Of a stretch of 64,000 bases of DNA, positions 37,140-52,800 are shown piece after piece. The DNA is taken from the NCBI GenBank assembly GCA_040954595.2, contig CM082580.2, positions 13,876,242 through 13,940,241 on the forward strand, written 5' to 3'. The DNA comes from Balanoglossus misakiensis (taxonomy: Eukaryota; Animalia; Hemichordata). The translations under genes and the position numbers were made by a program. Under the pieces are notes generated by a model, which was not told the origin of the DNA, did not search any database, and saw only the letters and a list, made by a program, of their open reading frames with translations. The first letter of the stretch is position 1. Every line of letters begins with the position of its first letter.

Positions 37140-38551
37140 ATGATTCCATCATCAAGTGGCAGTTCCTACACGATCAAGGAGTGGAAGGCAGGCTATTACG
37201 TTCCCACCAAGAAGAGATGGGTTTATGGGGTCTTGATCTTGACTCCAAACTTTTTGCTGTTTCAAGATGATGACAAGAAAGACGCCATTGATGACATAAC
37301 AGTTTACTTTGCGGAGTTCACTGAGGTCAAGCGTGAGAATAGCAGTTACATGTTCAGATGTGTCACCGTCACAACCAATAATGGAAAGCACTGGTTTGGT
37401 TCACTCCCTAATAGAGAAGAAGTGTTTCATTACGTGGAACACTTCTGGAAGGAGAGGTTGATCGGCAAGCCTGCTCCAACGATATCACTCGGTGAGAATG
37501 GAGAGCAGACAGAACTGGGAAGGGAACTTCTACGATTGGCGTATGATTCACAGAATACACTGAACAGTGCCGGAGAACAGTTAGCCCACCAAAGTGATCA
37601 GCTTGACTATGCGTCTAGGGTCGTGGATGATATTAACAATGATCTCTCCATTGCGGAACATTTGATTGAAGGCCTGGATTCGTGGCTGGGCAAGTGGAGC
37701 TCTGTTGCTAGAGTTCCTGACACACCTCTAGCTGAAGATCCCGACAAACCCAAGACCTACCCACTGCTTTATGCTAAGAAATTCAATGACTGTTCCTATC
37801 CGGCTACTTTGGAAATCTTGGATGATGAACTGGTGTTTAAGGACATGAAAGGCAAAAAAGTGCAATCTTTCAGCTTTAAGGACATATCCTCCATTGTTGT
37901 CAGCACGCCCTGGGATGTTAAAATCAACCAACGTATGATGGGCAAACCAGACGTCAATTTCTTCATCACTTCATCCAAAATGGTGCAAACTCTAAAATCC
38001 TTGGAACCAATTTGTGGCCAAAAGTTTGAATTTGAAGAAGCCAATCTACCAGAGAATACCATAGACTTGGATTCACAGCCGATTAAATCATATGGAGGTA
38101 AGAAAACAAGTACATGTAGAATTATTTTGTTGAGATAAAAATTCAGTCAAGATAGTTGTCTGTGTTCAATTGCTTCTATAAGCAGACCAGGTTTCACTTT
38201 ACTGATGTATGTACACAAACCTGTATATTTTGTGATCTGATCCAGTATTTCTGCAACTTTTGATATTTTCATGAACTTGTTTCAGATCTTGATATGGGCC
38301 ACGATCACAGTGGCAGTCCCAGGGTGAGGCTAGGGCACCACCAGAGTCAAGCAGTGAAGAAATCACAGCTCGTATCTGATGCAGAGGCAGATGAACTCAA
38401 CCAAGTTGTGGGGAACTTGAAGTCCATGGCACTGGACATCCACAGAGAACAAGAGGGACAGATTGAGAAAGTCACCCACCTGACTGGAAAGGTAGAAGAC
38501 ACCACAGAGAGAGTGAAAAGTGATTCAAAGCAGATCAAGAGGCTGTTGTAG
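37140..38551 (+). CDS. SNAP47: Synaptosomal-associated protein 47-like (PH/GRAM-like domain plus Qb and Qc SNARE motifs)
   Basis: Exons 37140-38097 and 38286-38551. N-terminal PH-like region (KRWVYGVLIL...KHWFGSL...EHFWKERL), SNARE1 (SQNTLNSAGEQLAHQSDQLD...IEGLDSW), SNARE2 (LKSMALDIHREQEGQIEKV). A 5'UTR exon ends at about 36628. Confidence 0.8.
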
Positions 38552-41500
38552 ATGCAAAACAACAACAGAGACTAGTTGTCAGCAGTGATCATTAGCCTGG
38601 ATAGCAAGTTTTTCAAATTCATTTGTAGAGATAGAATGTTTTAGTTAACCTTCATTGTATTTCAGATGGCAGTTTTTGTCTTAACTTGTATGAACCTGCA
38701 TTTAATGGCTGAATCTGGGCGCTATTTACAGATAAAAAGTACAGCTAAAAGAGAAGAGTCACTAAGATTTTACAATGCATAGGCAGCAATATGCAGGCTT
38801 CAGTTTTATGTAATCAGCTCATTTTAATCGTGTTATTGACAAATGTCTTAAATGGCCATGTTGAAATTAATGGGTGCAGTAGACAGAACTATATGAAACT
38901 TTTATAGTTTTGTGGCAGAATTATAAAAAAAAGGCAGGAATATAACAATCATGCTCTGTAACTTTATAATAAGTAAGTTTAAACTCCGTGACCTTGACTG
39001 ATCAGATAAATTTTATCTCAAAAATGATGTGAAATGCAACAGCTGGCTGTTTTGAATATAAAATGTTTAGATTAGTTTGATATTAAATTTCAACAAGTGT
39101 CTGTTGGATATGGGTTGAATCTTGTTGACAAGCCTTTCTGTGATGAGATCATGTTCATGTGAGTTTCAAATGCTCAAATATGGATTTTCTGAATGCCATC
39201 TATGGCATTACTACGTTTAAGGGATAGCAATCAATGTTGACTAATTCTAGTTTCATTTAGTTTAATTTGTCTTAATTGAAGATTTGATCTTACCAAATAA
39301 TCGTGGAAGGACTTTACCTTTGCAATTTTGTATGTTATTACTAAATTTTGAAGCAAATTAATGTAATCACTTGTTAATAGTTGCTTTGTTTGCCTGTTAC
39401 TGTAAGCTAACAAATGAGAAATAAAACAAAAATATTAAAAGAACATCCTTTGTGTTGAATGGTATAAAAATTCACTACCATGAGGTTACAAAACTTCATT
39501 ACTCGGTGTCTCTGCTGACTCTGCATGGTTGATGTTTTGATGACATGCATTCTGTGGAAGATGATGTCATCTGCTACTTTAAAATTGAATGAAAGATGTT
39601 TTTGAAATAAAGTTAATTGAATGCCAGGCTGTTGCCAGTGGAGACGAGGGTGATGCAGACATGCTGACCTTGTGTTGATGTTTTCAGTCATCCACTCCCA
39701 ACAGCTGTGTCTCTAGTGACTCACAGAACAGGGTCTTATTGGACAATGCTGTTTTAACAGCGTTACAAAATACCAAATTTACCCTTTGCATTCTGACCAC
39801 CCCATGGTAACCTATGATGTCATAAGATTTCTGAGTCTGGTTCCTAGTGTGAAATATATTTTTTGTTTGTGATTAGAGCTTGCTGGAGAATTAATTATAC
39901 TGCCAACATGTACATATGGTTGAAATGATGAGCGACTGATTGGAATGATCCAAACAGATGCTTTGTCCATATGTGAAATTAATTAAAATTCTGGGATATG
40001 CAATCATGTAATATGTCCACCACAGCTGGTTTTATTCAAATTTCAGATATCCATGTTATTGTCTTCCGTCGAAAAATAATGCAAATAATATTAGACTCAA
40101 TAACATTTTCAGTCTGGTTTAGTTGTGCAGTATAGCGCCATCGCAAAGACTTCAGTGTACTCTGTCGTTTTCACAGCGTACAGAGCTATCAACTGAACAG
40201 AGGTGACGTTTCACGTCTGTGTCTAAATTTCCTCTGTCTGATCTGGAAAGTGAACGAGATTTACAATCTGCACTATAAATAACATTGCAAAAATACTACA
40301 TTACACGATTATTGGCTGGGGATTTATTGGGTGCAGTCGAGGGTTGGGAGGCTCAACTTTATCTAAATTTGTGCTGCATTATGCATTCCTTTCCATCCAG
40401 GATGATGTTCTCGCGGACGCATTGCACCTTGTGACACAGAACATGAGAAAATTATCAAAAATGTCGGAACAATACATAGCGGCATCTCCATTGTGCAGAA
40501 GCGTGAACGAAACAATCACCAAGATAAATAAACAAAAGCGCCGACGAGACCCCGGGTCAATAATAAATAAACATTTTAACACGTCGTTACCTTTTGTTAC
40601 CCTTGATCTGATTGGACACATATTTTAGAAACTAACTTGTGATTGGATATTGTTTAGTCACGTGGAACATGTTGCTATGCGCTTGCAACACAAGCGGCAG
40701 TATTTAGGAAGTGAACCCGAACGAACAAGACTATCACCAGTTGAGTGTCCATGGTAGCTTCCGAAACGATTCAAGCGAATTGAGGTGAGCTATTTTGATA
40801 TTTATCACATCAGATAACAGTACATATTCATTTTAAAGTATCCGATTCTTTGATCTCCTCGAAGAAGTCGCCGGCCGACCTACAGACCTTGTGCATGTCG
40901 CCGGCAAATTGGATCAGCTGACTAGACTGTAGGCCAATGCCCTCGTTGAATCCTTGCATCGTAAAAAGTAAAATCGGTGAAAATGACCGCTCGTAAGAGT
41001 TCACCAGGTCAAACAGAATGGAAGTAACCATCACCCACGCTGTGATACCATTGTTTGATTTGATGACAATAAAATTCGTCCATGAAATAACTAAACCAGT
41101 AAAATATTCATGCACGAAGTTGGCAGCCATTACATTTTGATGCTATGACATTACAGTCTGTGTTCAAGCACGTGAATGCAGTAAATATACTGCTCAGGTA
41201 AATGGTTGAAGTATAACTTGGCTTCTGTAAGTGTCTCCCACTTGTACAAGTACTCTGATCTGCCTGTGAGCACTGAAAAGGCACAAGGAATTCCTTTGGA
41301 TCGTCCAGTACTTTAAAAATATATAAATGCTCACAGGAAAAATCAATGTCACTTGTCAGGCTCAATATCAATAATGCAGAATTGAAGGAGACACTGTTTG
41401 CATTTCCGAGTGTATAGTCAAACAGCCTTAGCTACTGTGTGTGTTTTAGTAAAACAGTTGCATTAGTTACCTGTTTCATTAAACACATAATTTCAATTTT

Positions 41501-44500
41501 GGTAATAAAGTGTTAGCTGTCATATTTAATACGGGAATATTCAGTATCTCCCTAGAATTAATTAATAGAACCATTTTTAAACAGTTGTATAAAATAGCTT
41601 TGGATAAGCAGACATTAAAATGAGTAATTGAATTGAGTGTATCTGTCATACTGTGGGATGTCTTTTTTAGTATTTACTTATAATAAAGGTTCATTTTATT
41701 GTCATGAGGAACAGCTGTCCAAGAGACTCTGATTTAATCCTCCCAAAAGACCTCAAGCATTCCATCATCATCCTGCAGTGTAAATGTGGGAATATTCAAT
41801 TTTGCTGTGAAATTGAAAACCCTCAAAATTGTGTGACTGTCTGTACCTGTTAATGTTGCTTCTGAATGGGACAACCAAGATTCATCCCAACATTTTCCAA
41901 TATCACAGACAGAACAAATGGGGAAAGAAGGTAAACACAACGTTAAAGTGTATAAACTGTATGCTGTGTTGAGGCACCAGTTGTGTTGTTTACGGTAAAG
42001 AATGTGAAAGACATGATCCAACCATCTCATTGTTACATGCACGTCATGCCGCAACACTGAGATGATTGTTGTAGGCAGTCAATGTTTCTCAGTGTCAAAC
42101 AGGTCGAGGGAAATCGGTGTCCTGAAGTGATATCAGATTGGGTCACACAGTATCGGGTTTTGGTGCCTGGTTACACACCCTGCATTGTTGATAGTCAGAG
42201 CTCTAGGCTTCAGGTAGATGCATTTAAGCTGTACCACCTGATATCGCTCAAGAGCTACCTGTAAATCTGTGACCACTTTCACCACACCTCGTTTGCAGGC
42301 TTTGCAGAGAGAGAACTTTGAACCAATCCTTCGAAAACAGTTTGATATTGTGCATACAAGTGGCCGATGGTTTTTAATGTACTGTGCTAGCTGCCAGCTT
42401 ACGGGATTCAGGATGTGAGGAGGTGACATCATTCTCAGTAATTTACCAATATTGTATAAAAGTTATCAGATGGATCCAAAGGGCTTATGGAAGATCTTGA
42501 AATCAAAGGGTATTGTGTGGTCTATTTTAGTATTTATTGGGGTCTTTGTTGGGCTTCCTGCAGAAATCAGCTTGCCCAGCAACACAGGCAGTTCCTTGCT
42601 AAGTAAGTCAGGCTGTGGTGAAATCAATACAGAGATTTCTGTCCACTGTTACCCGACAAAAGGTCTGAAAATACCTGTGTTGATTTGGATCATCTTTATA
42701 GTGGTACAGTGGCGCCATTCTATATGGTGAGTTTCAGACTTTGTAGGATGACACATTAATTCTGTGTGAAATTTGCATTTTAGTGACGTTCATCATTACA
42801 TGTATTAAAGCATTTTCAAAGTTGGTCACAAATCAAGAATATTTCAGGAATTCTGCCATTACATTGAGATTGTTTGTTGCCAGTGTCATCTAAACTATTA
42901 AACCCCACCTATTTGATTTGGGACATCTTCATTGACCTTTGACCCTCACAATCTGTCAGCTGTGCTTGTGACATCTTCATTGAAGGGAGTGTTTGGCATT
43001 TTGCTGATACCAACTGATAGTTCAGATTGATGAACCTTTGATTATAATTAAGTTGACTTCTAATATAAATGCCATTAAGTTTGGCATTTATAGTGGAAGG
43101 GCAAACTGATTTAAATTTATAATATGGACAAGTTTTCTTTTTTTTACCACATTGTGATTGGCAGTGGTATTTAACATTTATCAAAAGTGATAATGAAACT
43201 CACAGTTTACGTTTGATGTTAGTCACTGCAATTGTGTGTAGATTGAATATGTGTGAAGACCATTGTGTACATGTATGTATAAAGTTAAATTTATGGTGGA
43301 CTTATTTAAATTTTCCGGTGGCACTGTAATTAGGACATCTTTACAAAAATATGTTGCTAGGGAAGGTCAGTCAGCAGGGGTTCAACAAGATTTATATAGT
43401 GTAGGTTTCTCTGTACAGTACAGAACAGCCTTCAACAACCCAGAATGGACCATCATCACATTTGCATTCTAAACACCATCAAACTGCTTGCAACTGAAGT
43501 TCTCAGCTTTGAATTACTGTAAACAAGTGATGTTTGGATCTAAAAACAGTTTGTTTATAAAGCAGATTTCACAAGCTTGGACCGACAACATAAACAGTAA
43601 AAATGTCTGTACATTTCATCATAATTGTTTAGATGTACTGAGCTGGCTGTGTGTTACGTAGAACAGAATAATTTCAACCAGCAATCATACAGGTGGCTGA
43701 AATGTCGGCTAGTCGGCAATGTTCACAGCATGTTTGAGATAATGGTAGAGTCAGAACAACTTGTCAATTTGGAATACATTCATCTGCTGCTTAGTTTGGT
43801 AGTTTTGAAATTATTTTTGTAACCGAGGTGAGGTCAAAATAAAATGGCTTCACATTTTCAGCCATAATGGATACAACTCAATTAGAAGATATTGTTAGAA
43901 GAAGTCTGAACAATATGCAAAAATGCCCACACAGTCTGTTGATTTCAAAAGCTTAGGTACCATGTCTGTGTATGTCAACCAGACTTTATTGATTGGAGAG
44001 TTCCTTCTGCATGTTAGGCCCAAGGGTATTCAGTTTTTAAAAGCACGACTCAACAATACACATTGTTCAGCATTGAAAACAAATACAGTTTGGTTAAAGT
44101 TGCTGGCAAGCAGAGGCATTTTTCCATTAAAGATAACCTTATGACCTTGTCTTTATTCAGCTATATATTACAATGCATCAGCCCCATTGTGTGTACACCA
44201 GTCATGGCCAAGTACGCTGGTAACGGTGAGAATAGTTTTGTTGTGGCTTTCAGGGTCATGGTGACAATTTGGAATCTTTGAAAAGCCAAAATTTCTCGTG
44301 TCATTGCAACCCATATGTAAATTTTGTGTATTCAGTTTGCAAGATAATTTAAATTCAGAAAATGCTAAAAAATATGTTTTTGTAGACATGTCAGCCATCT
44401 TGTTGTCCTTTCCAGCAAAAGAATTCACAGCATTTATCATAGCTATTGAGTATATCAATATTGTAAAAATTCCATCGGTGCTGTCAAACTTCCAAAATGC

Positions 44501-46803
44501 CAGAGAGTATTAGCTAAGAATACCAAGCAAATATTTGTATTAAAAGGTCCAATCCAATCGCCACGTATCCATTTCTGATTTCAGTGATTGAACACATTAA
44601 GTACAGCCTGCAGGGTCCTTTTCCCCTTTCCAAAGAATCAATAACATTGCTTTCAGAATTAGAGATCTATATACAAGTATGGATTTAAAACTGTACTGGT
44701 TTTCAAGAAATGAGATTTAGAATCATTGTGTTTACCTGCACGGCTATGTAAATTTCCCACATTTTACAAATACATGTACATGTACATGCAAATACAGTAA
44801 AGTTTAATTCTCTCCCAAAACATGTGCAGTAATTGTATTTTTACAGCCTTTTTTTATTACCCCAAACATGACAAGGGCAGGTACAGATAACCGATGTAAA
44901 AGTCTACTTGAATGACGTTTTGACATTCAGTACCCTGTATGCATTGTGCTTGCTGGTCTTACCGACAATGGTAACCATGGAGCTTCTAACGGGTAGATCT
45001 TATCGCTGTACAGTAATTCTGAGACACGATTGCACTCTCATTGATGTAGTGGTATTTTAATTCAGATTTAAATAGTTCATAACATTGATTTCTGCAGACA
45101 TACCCAACATTGTGTGTGTTGTATATAGGCCCATTACAAGTCCCCTAATTTCTGTATTGGTACGTGTATACCGTGACTTGTCATGTCCTGTTGTTCCAAG
45201 TGGCTGGATCACAACCTATTTGAACTCATTTTAAAACGATAATGGTTTATTAGTAATTACAGCTAAGTCCTGGTTGATTGTCTTGTTTTCTGTGTAACCC
45301 AGGGAGCCTTTCTCAATTTGCTCAGCAATTTATCAAGCCTTTTGTTCTGCTAACAGGAAAAAAAACACCAGTAAATTCCAAAGTATTTTTCCTCTCAGCC
45401 ACTCTGAAATTAAGCCACAACTGACCACAGAATAACATTGGCGGACATGTTGCCAACCAAGTCGTTGTAGCTACTGTGAAGTGACTGTTGCCTAGCAACA
45501 GTTGGGGCAGCTTGTATCCATCCCCAAGAGACCTGTTCTTGCGTACATGAATTGAACTGTGCAAAGTGTAATGAAATGTAAGATATAAATTCTAGCTTTC
45601 ACAGAAATGTCACTGTGTTGTGCAGAGAATGCTTTTCGAGAGATTGATCGATACCTTTTAAGTGATGCTTGCTGACACTTTATGCAGACAATTGTGAATG
45701 TCATTGTATAACTAACTTAGCCGTGGTATTACCTGAAACCTGATTCCCAGTACTTGTCATTGTCAGGAGTTTTTTTTTTTTTGGTTGATGTAAACCTGAC
45801 CACACATGGGCTTGACGTCAAGTATGCAAGTAGTCGTGGGTGTACACTCTACAGATAGCAAATTAAGACTTGTCAAGGCTATGCATGAGTCATGATGAAA
45901 AATAGAGGCAGTTTCTGTATTTCAGCCCCATGCAGAGTCCCGCGTTTTGACAGAACAGTTATTGTTAATGAATACCAATCTATGGCAAATGTTTCACCTT
46001 CAATTTGCCAAGTGCGCAATTTTATCAGCTACAGCTACAAGGACTATTTAACTTTTACACCCTACATAGCCCGGACTTTCACAAAAGAACCTGCATGCCA
46101 TCAATACAGCCTTACAAACTGGCATTGATCAGAATCACTCTCCCCTCCCAATGAACTGTCAAGTCATTATTGTCATCCTGGTACAGTTAGGTCTTTAGTG
46201 TATGGTGTGGTGTGTGTCCATAACAATACTCCCACTCTTACAAACATGGACCAGGTTTCCCTTTGTTTAATACAGTTGGCCACTATGAATTTCATGTTGG
46301 TCATTTGTACATTGCTGATGTTTGTTACAGCAGTATGATTCAGCAGTAGATTTTGACGTGATCTGGTTACATGTAATATCCTTGTTTTGCCTTAAAACAA
46401 AAATTAATGTTGACATCTGGTACACTGGTTTTATTTCATGGGAAATGTGATGTACTGTGTCTGTGTGTTTTAATAGCTGTGAATCCATTTATAGTGGCTG
46501 CCATTAAATAGACCAGTTGATTTGAAATGAAAGATGTGTACATGCATTCATTGTCTTTACGATTTGTAAGTGTACATTAAATGCCTTGTCAAAGATATTT
46601 TATGGAGGAAATTGGCTTGATTGAATTTCTTTGTGTCATGCCTATTCAAATGGAAGAAATTTTGTGCTACAACACTGATTGGATGTTATTTTAATTGTTT
46701 ACAGGTAACCATGGATACAGGATGAAAATTTACATTTAGTTAGAACTGGCAATGCTTGTTGCATCGGGCTGTATGTAAATTTGTAAGGTTTTATTTTTGC
46801 ATC

Positions 46804-49800
46804 ATGGCATCGGCTAGTGACTATGAACAGCTCAGAGCCAGCCTTCAGAGGGGTTTGGAAAATTTGCTGATATCCAATAATAATAATCAGAAGCAACTCC
46901 CTCTCAGACAGCAAACAAGTCGCCCTGTGCTGAAATATAATTCCGGTGTAAGTCCAGTCAGTCCCAAGCCGCTCGTTGTGAACACAGCGGAAAGCAATCG
47001 GAGCAGTGGTCCAAATTCGCCCGGAAGTGGTTCGTACCCGCCAAGTGCAGCTTCACCCAAATCTGTGAATCCGTACTCCCGTCCGACCAGTGCACAGGAT
47101 GCCTTCACCCCGCAACCGAGCGTCATTCGGTCCTCTCACTCAACCGGTAACATTACTGCCAATAACCGTAGCGTGCATAATGTCAATTCTTTCATGAAAC
47201 CAAAGCCAAAATCGCCTTCGAGAACTTCCAGCAGCAGTAGGACATGCAAGTCTACCGAGCAGACACCAAATGTATCCAGACAATCTAGTGCAAAAAAATC
47301 CACAAAGCAGGTGACATCTTTGCCAAACAAGAAAGCCAATAGCAACCTTCAGAGGAACCCTTCCAAGGAATCATTTACAGCAAAAGCGGAACACGGGGTC
47401 CGACATCGCGGGGACGGATCAGCCAAAGTTGTCAGGAAAATCAAAGAGAAGCAAATTGAAGCTGAGGAATGGAGTGACATTGATGAGCAAGAGGAGTATG
47501 TGGAAGAGGATTATTACGGGAGGTAAGACTCTGTCTCTGTTTTCATCTTTATATCATTACATGCATGAGATTTTCTGGACATTAGAGCTCAAGACTGTGA
47601 GCTTGTTTTGGATCAGTACAGTGCCAACACTCAAGAGATTGATTTGGTTTCTCGTATTGAAAGCCACATATAATTATTTCTTGTCTTCAGTGAACGCACT
47701 CCAGGCGATGGGGCTTCGTTAGGTTTTGGTGAAGAGGATGATGGGATTGATGGACTGGAGGATGATCTGGATGATGATGGTGGGTACCTGTTCCCTATGA
47801 CAGGGTAAAACAAGGAAATTCATGAGAAACAAACGTGTATATTTATCCATGCGTGTATATCTGAAAGAGCTGAAATTCAATCTGCATTTCAGTTGACGTG
47901 AAAAATTGGAGATACTCCTCAAGCACTAAGGTGTATTGTGTTCAACAACAAAGCCGGTTTCTGTGTCTGTATATAATACAACAATCCCAGTTGGTTTCGC
48001 CACTTTATTTCTAATTCGTTTACTCACCTTTTGATCTTTATTTGTTCTCCGACCTCTGACCTCCCTCAACAGATGATGAATCAGATGGTTACTCAATATC
48101 AAGTAGTCTGTCTCGCCAGTCGTCAGCCCGTCCCTTCTCTGCCATGAAACGTGAGAACCAATTCTCTGCTGAAAGACTCGACTCCATAGCCAACGAGATT
48201 GATCGGACATCGGTCGGTGTACGGGCATCTATGAGACTCTACAAACCTATGGTCGTAGATGGCGATGAAGTTCAACCAGCCTTGACTCCCAGTCTCTTTA
48301 GTAACATGCCACCAACAATTAACTTTATTACACAATATGAAAAAGGTAAATTCTTCAATTTTGTATAATAAATATTATATGATTAATTGACAATAAATTA
48401 TTGGCTGGATTGCCATTCCTTATGCAGACTGTAACTCCACGGAATAATTAATGTGGAAGATGATCGTTCTTTTCTAAATTGTTTTGTGTTGCATTTCACA
48501 GTCGCTCAGTTACCATGGGAACTGAGGAAGCTCTTGAAGTGGAGAATGAGCCCGATCACACCCCATGTTGTCAAGAACTGCATCGCAAGATCAGGATTTC
48601 GGGCCACCAAAAGTAAGTAGAATATTTTTGTTTAACATAGAATCCGGAGAAATTCCTTCCTAACTACTAAGAGTATAATCGATGTCCGCTAATTATCACC
48701 AGCCTTGAGAAAGGCTGATGATAATTAAGGAGAATCTTGAATTCATTATCTCACTTCAAGCTAGAAATTTCTACTTTTAATTAAACAAGTGGCATAAATC
48801 TAGCGGAACCGTTCTTTCTATGGTTTCCTCAACAGAATCTTGGATGTTTTACTGTACATTTTAATAGGTGTTGACTGTATGTATACCAGTGTACAGCTTT
48901 ACAGTTACATCAAGTCTCCAGTCAAGAAATGTATTGCTCTTTTCTCAGCTACTATGCCTTATTCACAACAAAATGCACGCAGTATCAGAAGCATAGCCTG
49001 CTTTGAATTTTATGCCTCTTTTTTTGCCTGCTGAGCAATGCTGAATATTCCATGTACATAATACACACACACAGATGTACATAGCAACAGGGATCACAGA
49101 TATGAGTGTCCACAAATATGCCGGAATTAATTTCTTTGCTTCTGCTGGTTGTTTACATGATGTGGATTCAGTGTTTGTTTGTTTTTCTCTCTTCTCCTCT
49201 GGCAGCTGATGATCTTGACCTCACAAACAATAACACCAATGATGATGGTAATAAACAAGAGTGTCTCTAGTCTGCATGGTTTTTCTCATACGCCAAAAAA
49301 CAAATGTGTCCCATAACCCTAACATGCACAAACACATCCCATCATTCCTAGCAAACTGAGTGATATACATAATTGTTTTGAAATTCACCAACCAAGCACG
49401 TCATTGTCATTTCATTGGGGGGGGGGGGGCTGCAACACTGCCTTGGGGGAGGGGAGGGCATAGATTTTGTTTGGGGGGGGGGGGTCACATTTCTTTCATC
49501 TCACTGCTGTGTATTTTTCTAGATAAATCTTTGCTGCATGGAGTGACGTAGAAATCACATAAAATGCACCAAAATCTTGACTCCATCCACCTTCATGCCT
49601 GAAAGATGGCTGCCACTTGTAATGGTTAGAGAAAGTGTGTGGTTTGCTGATAATTACAATACTTTGACTTTTTTTCTCCTTCAGAATCACATGATTGGCT
49701 TGGTTATTGGGGTAAACACATGAAAGCTCAGGGATTCAAAGCTATCAGGGAATACCAAAAGGTGAGACTGCAATTGTTTACCTTTCTACCCCAATTTTCT

Positions 49801-52800
49801 CTGTGTATGGATTCAACCACAACACTATAGAATGATTAGTTCGAACCAAATGGTCTTCAGGGGGAGGGGGGAGGAGAGAACCACAAAATATTACTTTGTC
49901 TTTCATGTACAGTGTTATTAAAATGAAATGTTGTGTTGTTGCAGGTGAACCATTTTCCAGGCTCCTTTCAAATAGGTAGGAAAGATCGTTTGTGGCGTAA
50001 CCTGTCCAAAATGCAGCTCCACTTTGGCAAGAAGGATTTTGGTTTCTTTCCACAGACGTTTGTGCTACCATTCGACACAAAGTTATTGAAAAGGGCCTGG
50101 GAAGATGGCGGTACAAAACAGAAGTGGATTCTAAAGCCAGTAAGTGAAAATTTGATAAAAGATGAACGCATACATGTATGTGTGTCTTTTTGAGGTCAGA
50201 CAGTTGATGAAATACTCAAGAGAATGATATGACAATATAGGCTTCATAAAGAAAACTGAGGATGGATAAGAAAAGCAGAAATTGACCCTGTCATGTGTTT
50301 TGATTCTGAGTCTGTATCTCGTTTGACTTTCAGCCTGCGTCTGCTCGTGGCATTGGAATCAAAGTGATTCACAAATGGAGTCAGATACCGAGACGGAGAC
50401 CAGTCCTGGTGCAGAAGTATCTGTCCAAACCCTTCCTCATCAATGGTAGCAAGTTTGATTTGCGTGTCTATGTCTATGTGACATCATATGATCCACTGCG
50501 TATTTACGTGTTTGAGGATGGTCTGGTTCGATTTGCTACCATGAAGTAAGTGTCTGGGTTGCTCTGTATGTCTGCTTATAGTACATTTGTAGCTTCTGTA
50601 CATTTACAGACAGACAGATAAATGATGATGTACTTAACCTTCTAATGTTTCATCAATTTTTTTTCCAGGTATTCCTCTTCCATGAAGAGCCTGAGTAACA
50701 AATTCATGCATCTCACAAACTACAGTATTAACAAGAAGAATACAGATTTTACACCAAATGATGATGAAAATGTCTGCCAAGGCCATAAATGGTATGTAGA
50801 GTCATCACAGAGAATTCCTAATCCGTCCTTTCCCTTCACAGTTACCTCACAATTTCATCCTGAAGTGATTTGCCACAATTGGTACTTGCTTTAATAGTTA
50901 TCACCTGCTTCGCTAGTTTAGAATCCATTATCTTTCATCTGGAGGTGAAGTCTTGTGACCTCCTGGCTTTTCAGTGACAATCATGTTTTATTACCGTGTC
51001 CTGCAGGTCACTCAAAGCTTTATGGGGATACATGAGAAAGAACGGCATTGATTCGACTAAAGTGTGGGACAGCATCAAAGATATCGTGGTCAAGACCATA
51101 ATATGGTGAGTTCAGTTGGCCAATTACAAGGTCATTAAAACTAAAGAGTCATTGGGGGGGGGGGGGGATGGTGGTCTTGGAAAAAAGCTACTGTTAGTTT
51201 GCATGAGACAAAGTATACAAAATTTTCTTCTCAAGAAAGAAAGATGTTGATATCGGCCGCTGGGGGCGCTGTTAACCTAAACCACAGATCATCATTATGT
51301 GGAAATACTTTTATTTTGAAACTTTTCTATCAAAATGTATTTGAAATGAACCATTCACGACAAGGATGATTCTCTCAACCTCATAACTGTAAATGCCTGC
51401 CTCACTCTGATTGTTTTGGTCCGCTTTCAGTTCGGAGGCTGCCGTCAATAGTTTAGTCAAATCAAACGTGAGGAGGCGCTATTGCTGTCATGAACTGTTT
51501 GGCTTTGATGTCATGTTGGATGAGAATCTCAAACCATGGATCATTGAAGTCAACATTTCCCCAAGGTAAGAGATTCAAGTCAGATGCTCAGAAAACAGCC
51601 TCAAACATTGCTGAGTGTGTGATCCACCCTGGTCTGATGACAAAGGGACATTTACACTAGACATCTCTCACTGTTTACTGAAAATATTCACAGTACTTTA
51701 TAGGCAATGTCATGTTCAACCCTTTCACCCCAGTTCCTTATTTAGAGGTTTGGACTGAACGATGGTGATAACCATTCCCACATTTGTTGTCTTCCTGCAG
51801 TTTACATTCCAACTCGTCTCTAGACGTCAACATCAAAGGTCAGATGATCAAAGACTTGTTGAATTTGGCCGGATTTCAACTGCCTGACAAGAGAGATGTC
51901 AACCCAAACTTGCCGCCCAACAGTGCAGCTTCAAGGTGCGTAAACTACAAATAATTCTTTCTAATTTGTTGTTGCTGGTTGCCCAACAGTCCAGTGTTGT
52001 TCCTGCTCTTGCAGTGATTAAAGTGCTTTATTCCTGATATTAACTTCCATTTTGTGTCATTTGCATTTTGACAGCAAAGAGTATGGCAGTGTATTTACTG
52101 ACAAGAGACTCTGGAACATACCCATCAGCAAAGACGAACGTGCAAAGCATGCATTCTACATTCAGAAGCATCTTGATGACGTAAGTGTGACATCAGTTCA
52201 TTGACAATAAGAGCGCCCTCTTTGAAAACCCAGGTGCTATCTGGTGGACTCTTGAGTTCGTTTCAATAATTCTCATTCCTGTGGCATCCTTCCAAACAGC
52301 AATGTCGGATGACCATTCTGGACTCTCTGACACCCGACGACATTCGAATGCTGGCAGAGTCTGAAGACGAGTACAGCCGTCGCGGTTTCTTCATACGAGC
52401 GTTCCCAAATCACACCACGCATCAGTATTTACGATTCTTTGAACAGCCGCGCTATTACAACATCCTGCTGAATGAGTATATTAAGAAGTATCACAAACAG
52501 CCTGCAAGAGGTGAGTGATGAGCCAGTTAATCCATATTACATTTTAAGGGGGTGATTGGGGCTATTCATGGAAATTTCAATGGGTGAAACTTGTGCTTGT
52601 TGTTTATATACATTGACACTGTTAAGGTCTGCATCAGTGTATGCAACAAATTTTGATTTGTCTTTGATTTCTGAATTTTTGCAGGCATCGCACTTCTGGA
52701 GGAATACTGCAGAGAAGGCGTTCACTACGGTCCGGGTGCAGAGACAGGTCATGTGGTAGGTTCAGATTCTGGCAAATATCCCACAAACACATGCTGCAGT

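Noticed and set aside
40785-46704. Many 60-110 aa ORFs in the long TTLL4 5' intron
   Set aside because: No domains, no coherent splice pattern, and mostly non-ATG starts.
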